A DNA stretch of 32,000 nt from Wolbachia endosymbiont of Drosophila innubila (GTDB lineage: Bacteria; Pseudomonadota; Alphaproteobacteria; Rickettsiales; Anaplasmataceae): positions 30,001-62,000 of the forward strand of contig NZ_CP076228.1 of assembly GCF_021378375.1 (NCBI RefSeq), written 5' to 3'. The notes beneath the pieces were generated by a model. It was given only the letters and a program-made list of their open reading frames with translations, had not been told where the DNA came from and did not search any database. Both the position numbers and the translations under genes were made by a program. Shown piece after piece: positions 20,480 to 28,377 of the stretch. The stretch's first letter is position 1. Every line of letters begins with the position of its first letter.

Positions 20480-21812
20480 TGCTAGATCAAAGAGACGTCT
20501 CCACCCTTTCCAAAGAGTAATTGGTCCTGGTTTTGGGTCGCTTTTTCTTGCTAAATGACCTCCAAGTTCACGAAACGGCTTCTTTTATAGTAGGGGCTAT
20601 ATTTGGACATGGTTTCCTGTGTATTTTAACATATAAAACTTTCCATTCTTCCTCAGCTAATAAGGCAGTACATAGTAATGTTGGGTTAGTTCTTGCAATT
20701 GATGTAATAAAGAAAATTCTCCAAGCAATAATGCTCATGACTGTTAAATACCTCATTAATCTTTCTGCTGTTCCAAGTCTACATTCCTCAACTTTGAGAC
20801 CAGATTTTAAAATCTTATGCAATATCTCTATTTTCCATCTCAAACAATACCAACTAACTTTTTCAACAGCTTCTTCAAAAGTACTGACCGGAAAAAAGCA
20901 TCCACTCTAGAGGACTTGCTTCGGGAGGAGAGTTTTTTTCAACAACATGAATTGCGTGAAGTTGTAGACTCTGTCGGTTTATATTTTATGTGACCTTCTT
21001 TACATTTTATATGGCCTTCATGTGATAAATTTTCCGAATCTAATTTCTAAAAACGCTGTCCTTTTTTGCTTGTTATCTCTAGCAGGGATTTCAACTTCTA
21101 CTTTTCCAGCGCAAGGGAGGCCTTGGATAAATGACCATAATTTTTGCTTGTTCCTGGTATGCATGAATTTTTTATTTACATTTCTGTTGTGGCGAGCTCT
21201 TACTAAAATTGCTGAGTTAAGATTATGTGCAAGTTCAAAAAAATCATGCATATCTGCTTCTCTGTCACATACAGTTATAGCTTCGGTTTGGGCCAGATCT
21301 ATAATATTATTTGTTTTCTTTAAACTTTCTAGCCATTTCATACTTTCTTTATCCTCAATATGAACGTTGTTACGATGGCTCTTTAGTCTTTTTTCTTCTT
21401 CAGAAATGAGTTGCCTCGAGTAAATCTTTTGATCCAGTATTCCCAGCTTCCGTACTAACAGCAAGGGCTGTATGCATTACTGCTCCTTTTCCAGCAATAG
21501 TTCCCAATCCGCTTATGGCTTGAGTATGAAATATAAGTTGTATCTTGAATCACAAGAATTCTTTTATGAGCTTTTGTTCTTTCAACTGTTTTATCAATGT
21601 GTGAAGCTAGAATATCGACTTCTTTTACGTTCTCATTTTGAAAAAAACGTTATGCTGCTTTTGCTTCTGACCAACTTCCGCATGCCTCATTAATTGAGCT
21701 TTCAGGTAAACTTATCAAACTATCAGCAATCTTTACTAATCGGTCAGTTAATCTTTTATCTCCAAGTACAGCATCTCCAAATTCATTTTTAGCCCATTCA
21801 TTACTCTCGTTT
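20480..21812 (-). pseudogene. IS4-like (Tn5-type) transposase remnant, multiple frames
   Basis: C-terminal CRLGTAERLMRYLTVMSIIAWRIFFIT; middle AITVCDREADMHDFFELA; N-terminal MANGNESNEWAKNEFGDAVLGDKRLTDRLVKIADSL and ACGSWSEAKAAYRFF...ILVIQDTTYI. Confidence 0.85.
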
Positions 21813-21859
21813 GCCATTTTTATACCCTCAATATTTGCAAACTTTAATATTGTAATACT

Positions 21860-22490
21860 TTATTTATAAGTACATTTATATTTGTGGGTAATAGTAAGAT
21901 TTGATATGCTGCCAACACTTATGTTCAAATTAAAAATGTCATTTATGATACTAGCCACTTCACGCTTTGAGTTTTTGTAAAATCCGCTGAGTGCTGCAAT
22001 TATAGACTTAACCCTTGGACCAAATGTATCTGGCGTAACACCTTCTGGTAACTTGCTACTTTTTCTTTTTCTGCATCTCCAACAACGACCATGTTCCAAT
22101 TACTACATAAGGCCTAATTTCCGGAAGATCAACTTTTTGGTGAACATAAGGTTTTTCGCATATTACAAGCTCTCCTCCGCATTCGCAAATATTAGGCAAC
22201 TCTATTTTTACTACTTTATCCGCTTCCATTGTGGCATGAAAATTTCCTTTATGCCCAACCTGATCGCCAACATTCCTTTCGCTTTTTGGCTTGTCCTTTT
22301 TTATTTTGTATAGCTCTTTTGAGCTGGGCAGGGATGAGTTTTTGAATTTAAACCGAGCCTTTCCTTTAATTCAGCGTTCTCTATCTTTAAAGCTTTATTT
22401 TCTGCTTTTAAGTTTTCTATCTCTGCTTTCAGTTTTTCTATTTTTGCTGTAAATTTTTTTGCAAAGTTCTCAAAGGTTTACCACATTACC
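21860..22490 (-). pseudogene. IS66-family-like transposase N-terminal remnant
   Basis: Coiled-coil KIENAELK..GLNSK, zinc-finger-like ICECGGELVICEKP...GRCWRCRKRKSSKLPEGVTPDTFGPRVKSIIAALSGFYKNSKREVASIINDIFNLNISVGSISN. Confidence 0.75.
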
Positions 22491-22566
22491 TCACTTTTGC
22501 TCTATGATTATCTTTATTATCTTGCTTTGTCTACCTTATTCTACCACTCCGCTGAACGGATACAAT

Positions 22567-22855
22567 TTACTAAACAGAAAAAAAGGCAAAAGAAACCCTA
22601 GGGTAGCTAGTTATTCACTATCCATTTTTTAAGTTGGCGTTTTTTAATGTTTTAAATAGCGCGTTTCAGCTTGTGTAGGTAAAAACCTAGAAATATTGTG
22701 AAGACATAAGGTGCACATAGTGCAAAAAATTAAAAATAAGACGCCAACTACGTTGTTTTCTTGCTGTTTAATCTGCACAGATGAAGATAACTGAATACCT
22801 TCAGTTTCATGATAAGGGGGCTGGCGAAGGGTGTCAAGCAAGTTTTTTCGTTTCT
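22567..22855 (-). repeat. Dispersed intergenic repeat, copy B, inverted relative to 3989..4295
   Basis: Reverse complement contains CTTGACACCCTTCGCCAGCCCCCTTATCATGAAACTGAGG and AAGCTGAAACGCGCTATTTAAAACATTAAAAAACGCC. Confidence 0.75.
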
Positions 22856-22908
22856 ATTTCCAATAAAAGTTTGTTATATGGTTATGCAAGAAGTCTATTA
22901 TAAATGAA

Positions 22909-23550
22909 ATGAATGTGAAAAATATCTTGTTAGCACTTTTAGTACAAATGATATTCAGTTTGCCGCTATTTGCAGCTGATCCTGTTTTGCTCAACTGCAT
23001 TAAAACTCCGGAAATATATGACCTTGATGCAAGGCCAAAAAATTTTAGCTCTTCAAACAATTTAAGAAGGAAACCTGGTTCTCCAAATAGTGCAATAGGG
23101 GAATTAATACACATAGTGGGTAGAATTACTGATATAAACTGCTTACCAATACAAAATGCTGTAGTTTCTATATGGCACGCGAATTCACGCGGCGTGAACC
23201 ATTACGATAAGAATATAGAGGATGATCTGAATTTTGCTGGATCAGGAAGGTTTGTAGTGAATAATCTTGGCTATTATAATTTTATTACGATAGCACCTGG
23301 TAAAATTGGTGATAGAGCTCCACATATCAACTTTCTAGTTCAACATCCGGATTTTCCAGAATTCACAACGCAAATGTTTTTTGCTGACCATAATTGCGAT
23401 AATTGCGCTGATCCTGTTCTTGAAGATTTTGTTAGTAATGGGCTTGCAAGCCTTCTCATAACACCATTTACTTACAGTGATCAGGTCATAAAAACCTATA
23501 CGTTTAACATTACCTTGGGCGGATATAATAAGTTCTCTAATAAAAGATAA
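22909..23550 (+). CDS. Secreted intradiol ring-cleavage dioxygenase-like protein (protocatechuate 3,4-dioxygenase beta-like)
   Basis: Signal peptide-like MNVKNILLALLVQMIFSLPLFAA; GRITDINCLPIQNAVVSIWHANSRG, GYYNFITIAPG, DRAPHINFLVQHP. Confidence 0.8.
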   Translation: MNVKNILLALLVQMIFSLPLFAADPVLLNCIKTPEIYDLDARPKNFSSSNNLRRKPGSPNSAIGELIHIVGRITDINCLPIQNAVVSIWHANSRGVNHYDKNIEDDLNFAGSGRFVVNNLGYYNFITIAPGKIGDRAPHINFLVQHPDFPEFTTQMFFADHNCDNCADPVLEDFVSNGLASLLITPFTYSDQVIKTYTFNITLGGYNKFSNKR

Positions 23551-23604
23551 AAAACCTTGCATGTAAGGGAGTCCATAGTAAACTTAAGTGTTATTGTACT
23601 TAGG

Positions 23605-25149
23605 ATGTATATGAAAAATATCTTACTGATGTTTTTGCTATGTTTTATGTACAGTTTACAATTATTTGCAACGGAGATACCAGCAATGAAAATAACAATT
23701 TCTAAAATTTCGCCCGATTTTAAAACAATAGTAATGGGTTTATTTGAAGACAACGAAACCGTAAATGATGGCGGAGTTTTGCAAGGAAAACAGGTCATAG
23801 ATAATATAAAGCAATTTAGCGATTTCAATGGAAGTTTTGGTGAATTTTTCTCTACTGCTTTGCCAGAAGAAAAAAATGTTATAGTTGTTGGACTGGGTAA
23901 GAAGGATGAATGGAATGAAAATAAAGAATTAAATATTGGTGGTAAAATATATTGTGAGCTAAGCAGATTAAAAATTAAAAAAGCAGCGGTTTTAATCGAA
24001 GGTAGTGCAGCAAATGTTGCATATGGTGCGTTTCTGCGTAGTTTTAAGTTTGATAAGTATAAAACTAAAAAGGATGAGAAAATTACAGAGGTAGAGGAGA
24101 TTACCGTATTAGTAAAAGATGAACAATTAAGTAATGCTGAAAGATCATTTGAGCACTTAAGGCAAGAAGGTGAGAGTATATTCCTTGCGCGCTCTTTTAT
24201 AACAGAGCCTCCTAACATTCTATATCCAGAATCCTATGCTGATCATATAAAAAAAGAACTTACTAAGCTTGGCCTTGAAATCGAGGTGCTTGATAAAAAG
24301 CAGATGGAAGAGAAAAAAATGGGAGCCTTGCTTGGAGTTGCACAAGGAAGTAGTAAAGAACCAAAATTAGTAGTGATAAAATGGAATGGAGCTTCTAAAG
24401 AACAAAAGCCTATAGCTTTTGTTGGTAAAGGTATAACGTTTGACACTGGTGGAGTATCACTCAAACCTTCACGTGGTATGGAGTCAATGAAATATGACAT
24501 GGCAGGCTCTGCTACTGTGGTTGGGGTGATGCATGCTTTAGCAGGACGAAAAGCAAAAGTAAATGCGATCGGTATGGTCGCACTTGCAGAAAATGCAGTG
24601 GGTGGTAATGCTCAAAGACCAAGTGATGTAGTAACTTCAATGTCTGGACAAACAATAGAAGTGTTGAACACCGATGCAGAAGGAAGGCTCATACTTGCAG
24701 ATGCTTTATGGTATACGCAAGATAGATTCTCACCAAAATTTATGATTGATCTTGCAACTTTAACTGGTGCTATAGTGGTTGCACTTGGAAATAACGAATA
24801 TGCTGGTCTTTTTTCAAATAATGATGAATTAGCAAACCGTCTGATTGATGCAGGAAATGAAGTAAATGAGAAGTTATGGCGTTTTCCTATGAATGAAACT
24901 TATGACAAAATTATTGATTCACCGATTGCTGATGTTCAAAACATCGCTCCTGCAGGCTCTGGTGGAGATAGCATAATGGCTGCACAGTTTTTACAGCGTT
25001 TTGTGAATGAAACTTGCTGGGCACATTTAGATATCGCAGGCACTGCTTGGCACGAGAAAGGTACTGACATTTGTCCAAGAGGAGCAGTAGGTTTTGGTGT
25101 AAGGTTACTTAATAAGTTGGTTGAGAAGTACTACGAAGCCAATGATTAA
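23605..25149 (+). CDS. pepA: Leucyl aminopeptidase (M17) with signal-peptide-like N-terminus
   Basis: FVGKGITFDTGGVSLKP, MKYDMAGSATV, NTDAEGRLILADAL; N-term MYMKNILLMFLLCFMYSLQLFATE. Confidence 0.94.
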   Translation: MYMKNILLMFLLCFMYSLQLFATEIPAMKITISKISPDFKTIVMGLFEDNETVNDGGVLQGKQVIDNIKQFSDFNGSFGEFFSTALPEEKNVIVVGLGKKDEWNENKELNIGGKIYCELSRLKIKKAAVLIEGSAANVAYGAFLRSFKFDKYKTKKDEKITEVEEITVLVKDEQLSNAERSFEHLRQEGESIFLARSFITEPPNILYPESYADHIKKELTKLGLEIEVLDKKQMEEKKMGALLGVAQGSSKEPKLVVIKWNGASKEQKPIAFVGKGITFDTGGVSLKPSRGMESMKYDMAGSATVVGVMHALAGRKAKVNAIGMVALAENAVGGNAQRPSDVVTSMSGQTIEVLNTDAEGRLILADALWYTQDRFSPKFMIDLATLTGAIVVALGNNEYAGLFSNNDELANRLIDAGNEVNEKLWRFPMNETYDKIIDSPIADVQNIAPAGSGGDSIMAAQFLQRFVNETCWAHLDIAGTAWHEKGTDICPRGAVGFGVRLLNKLVEKYYEAND

Positions 25150-25212
25150 AGGTCTTTATACTGGATTTATGGCTTAGCTACATGAACGTTTATTTTCGAG
25201 GCGCAGCAAATG

Positions 25213-25740
25213 AAAGTAGCTGATACATATTTCTTTTTTTCTGGATTCCAGTGTCAGCTACTTTCATGACACCCTGACAACCGTCATCCAGCTACTTGTT
25301 AGCGGCTGAGATACCGCGAATGAATCGCGGTATGACGGTTCGTGGCGGCGTGACGATAAGCTCGTCATCCCGCTGCTTGTTAGCGGGATCTAGAGATACC
25401 GCGGCGGTATGACGTAGGACTGCTGTCATCCCAGTGCTCCTTTTTTTGTCATCCAAGTAGCCTCCTATGGTGTCATCCCAGTGCCCAGACACTGGGATCC
25501 AGTTGAGCTATTTCAACAAAAATACTGCATTTTGAGATGAACGTTTATTTTCACCAGATTATTTACAAGTATAACAATTAAAGTCTGGATTCCAGTGTCA
25601 AGCACTGGAATGACACCGTCTTGGATGGAAACCAGTGTTGGCTACTCGGATGACATCATAGGGGCGCTGGGATGACACCCTGACAATCGTCATCCCGCTG
25701 CTTGTTAGCGGCTAAGAGATACCGCGGCGGCATGACGTAG
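25213..25740. repeat. Cluster of Wolbachia palindromic-type repeats
   Basis: Multiple GTCATCCCAGTGCCCAGACACTGGGATCC, CTGGATTCCAGTGTCAAGCACTGGAATGACACC, GCGGGATCTAGAGATACCGCGGCGGTATGACG units in both orientations. Confidence 0.85.
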
Positions 25741-25843
25741 GGAAACCGTTTTTTGGGTTAGCTATAACAGTAGTCAGGAAACAATAGCTTAAAAAGAGAC
25801 TTAGTGTTAAATTTCTAATAGATTACTTATAAAAATAAATCTT

Positions 25844-27031
25844 ATGGAAAGCAGAGCTAAGGCTTGGTTCATTTGGCTGATTAGTAACTTGGTTGTTATA
25901 TTCAGCAACATGCAGATAATTTATACCTTTATAAGTGTAAATCTCGAAAAGGAACTTGGACTTACAATCGCGCAAGTTGCACTGGCTAATTCAGCATATA
26001 CTTGGACTTTCGCCATCTTACAATTTTTTAGTGGAGCAACGTTTAATGTTTTTTCCAGTAAAAAAATTTATTTTTTCTCGTTATCAACTATGATCTTGGG
26101 GTTTTTTGTCCTTATTAATAGTGACAATTTCTCCCATTTGATTTTGTCTCAAGTGTTGATTGCAACTGGAGCATCATTTGGTTTTATTGGTGCTGCTCAC
26201 ACAAGTAGCATATGTTTTTCCGCTGCCCAATTTGGACTAATGTTTTCACTAGTGCAGACAATTTCAAGCCTTTCTGCTTTGGTAATTCAAATACTGTTCT
26301 CTAACTTGCTTGCCGAAGATGCATATTGGAAAAATCTGATTGTATGCATAATACTATTTGGTGTGTTGATATTTGTACTTACGCTTTTTTGTCCAAACAC
26401 ACTTCCAGAAAGCAGCTCAGAAAAGCGCACAATAAAAAGCTCTATGAAGACAGTAATGTGCTCTATATTAACAGTGCTAAAATTAAGAGATATCTGGATA
26501 ACTTCAGTGGTGGGTGCTATTACTTTTGGAACATTTTTAGCACTTAATACCTTGTGGGCTCCAAGGTTACTGGGCAACTCAGAACTCAATGCAATGGAGT
26601 CAGGTATAGCAACTGCAATACTATGGCTTGGTCTTGCAGTTGGTGCTCCAATTGCAGATCGAATCTCAAACTTATTTAAAAATAGGAAACATGTAATTTC
26701 TGCTTTTGCTTTATTGCAAGGCGTCTCAATTATTATTTTACTATACAGCCATTTAACAGTCCACGTTGTGTACTTTTGTATGTTAATGTTCGGGTTTTTT
26801 GCGGGAGGACATATGCTTAATTTTACTGTCGGCAGCGAGATTGTGAAACGAAAATACATCAGCACATCATCATCCATTATCAATGGATTTATGTTTATTG
26901 GCAGTGGAGTTATAGTGTCAATGTTAGCACTTTTTACAGATCATAAAATGGAACTTTTTGCAATATTTGCGATATTGATAGTTGCCGGTATTTTAAATTA
27001 TGCAACAAAAGAGACATACTCTAAAAAATAA
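25844..27031 (+). CDS. MFS transporter
   Basis: About 12 hydrophobic segments over 395 aa with MFS-like organisation (GASFGFIGAAHTSSICFS, GLAVGAPIADRISNLFKNRKH). Confidence 0.8.
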   Translation: MESRAKAWFIWLISNLVVIFSNMQIIYTFISVNLEKELGLTIAQVALANSAYTWTFAILQFFSGATFNVFSSKKIYFFSLSTMILGFFVLINSDNFSHLILSQVLIATGASFGFIGAAHTSSICFSAAQFGLMFSLVQTISSLSALVIQILFSNLLAEDAYWKNLIVCIILFGVLIFVLTLFCPNTLPESSSEKRTIKSSMKTVMCSILTVLKLRDIWITSVVGAITFGTFLALNTLWAPRLLGNSELNAMESGIATAILWLGLAVGAPIADRISNLFKNRKHVISAFALLQGVSIIILLYSHLTVHVVYFCMLMFGFFAGGHMLNFTVGSEIVKRKYISTSSSIINGFMFIGSGVIVSMLALFTDHKMELFAIFAILIVAGILNYATKETYSKK

Positions 27032-27091
27032 AGTAGCTGAATCTCGAGTCGATTGCTATATTATATTTACGTATTGTAATATTTATCAATA

Positions 27092-27397
27092 ATGGATCAC
27101 GTTACAACAAAAGACACAACAGTAACTAAGGCAACGATAGCTGGAGATATAAACCAAGAAATAGGATTATCAAAGGAAGACTATGTTTCGATAATAGATG
27201 ATATATTGGACGAAATAAAGACAAGCTTGGTAAAGGATGGAATAGTAAAAATATCGTCATTTGGAACATTCTTGGTTAAGAAAAAGAAGGAAAGACCAGG
27301 AAATATACCAAATACATCGGAGAAAGTGATGATTCAGGCAAGAAATTCAGTTTCTTTTAGGCCTTCAAAAATTATAAAAAAATCAATCAATAATTAA
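27092..27397 (+). CDS. ihfA: HU/IHF family DNA-binding protein (IHF alpha-like)
   Basis: [49 protein letters not shown]. Confidence 0.8.
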   Translation: MDHVTTKDTTVTKATIAGDINQEIGLSKEDYVSIIDDILDEIKTSLVKDGIVKISSFGTFLVKKKKERPGNIPNTSEKVMIQARNSVSFRPSKIIKKSINN

Positions 27398-27723
27398 TGA
27401 ACAAGGAAAAATTATTTTATACGATTGGGGAAGTAGCTGAAGAGCTACATTTGGAACAGCATGTTTTGAGATTTTGGGAAGGTCAATTTCATCAAATTAA
27501 GCCTACAAAGCGTAAAGGAAGAAGGCTATATGATCGCAAGTGTATAGAGGCCATAAAGAAAGTAAAATACATGCTATATGATAAAGGATATACAATAAAA
27601 GGAGTGCAAAAAGAATTTGGTAATGATATAAAAGTCACAAAGAATTTGTTGCAAGAACTCACCGATTTGAGGGACTATTTAACTAGTAAAATAAATAACG
27701 AGGAAAGTAACAAGCAGGCGTGA
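27397..27723 (+). CDS. MerR family transcriptional regulator
   Basis: [66 protein letters not shown]; start overlaps the upstream stop. Confidence 0.88.
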   Translation: MNKEKLFYTIGEVAEELHLEQHVLRFWEGQFHQIKPTKRKGRRLYDRKCIEAIKKVKYMLYDKGYTIKGVQKEFGNDIKVTKNLLQELTDLRDYLTSKINNEESNKQA

Positions 27724-27768
27724 AACACTACGTCTCGCTAAAATTTTGGAGTTTTGTGAGAGTTTAAA

Positions 27769-28365
27769 ATGTGGCATATAGCCTCATTTCTTATGTTATT
27801 AGCAATATTAATAGGCTGTGGCCTGCAAAAACCTGCACCTGTGCTGCTTAAAGGCGAAGAATTTTACGGAAAAAGAGATCTGGAATATACAAGAGAGTAC
27901 CATTTAATTAGGGAGCCTTCAGTGCAAAAAGAAAGTAGAAAAGCCATCATAAATAGGATATACAAAGATAACAATAATACACAAAATGTGGGGGTAAATT
28001 GTAAATTTGTAATGCCAGTTAAAGGTTCAGCTACCTCTTCTGATGAAATGTGTAAGGATGGTATAAAAATTGCTGCTCAAAATGGAACGAACGTAGTTTC
28101 CTCTGCACCAGGCAAAGTGATATATGTAGGCAAAGGGCTGAGATGGTATGGGAATTTAATTATAGTGGAACACAAAGATAATTACATGACTGTGTACTCC
28201 TATTTAAAAAACATACATGTTGAAATTGGCGATAAAGTAAAGCAAGGTCAAGTAATTGGATCTGCAGGTAAATCAAGCACACAAGATAAAGATCCACAGA
28301 TGTGTTTCACAATACGACATAATGGCCAAGCGGTTGATCCTTTGATGCATATGAACTGTAATTGA
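27769..28365 (+). CDS. LytM/M23 domain lipoprotein, NlpD-like, apparently without zinc ligands
   Basis: Lipobox LLAILIGC; LytM fold signature VSSAPGKVIYVGKGLRWYGNLIIVEHKDNYMTVYSYL...VKQGQVIGSAGKSS...MCFTIRHNGQAVDP. Confidence 0.85.
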   Translation: MWHIASFLMLLAILIGCGLQKPAPVLLKGEEFYGKRDLEYTREYHLIREPSVQKESRKAIINRIYKDNNNTQNVGVNCKFVMPVKGSATSSDEMCKDGIKIAAQNGTNVVSSAPGKVIYVGKGLRWYGNLIIVEHKDNYMTVYSYLKNIHVEIGDKVKQGQVIGSAGKSSTQDKDPQMCFTIRHNGQAVDPLMHMNCN

Positions 28366-28377
28366 ATTTGGATTTAT

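Larger units (their letters stand above)
16432..22563. mobile_element. Nested mobile-element region bounded by inverted GTATCCGTTCAG... sequences
   Basis: Left edge GTATCCGTTCAGAGTGTGG, right edge reverse complement GTATCCGTTCAGCGGAGTGG; interior consists almost entirely of element fragments. Confidence 0.5.

Noticed and set aside
20521-20910. Plus-strand 129-aa ORF
   Set aside because: Antisense to the IS4-like transposase remnant, whose minus-strand translation has recognisable motifs.
25213-25740. Considered as a CRISPR array
   Set aside because: Repeats are palindromic, of mixed type and orientation, with no regular spacer length and no cas genes nearby.
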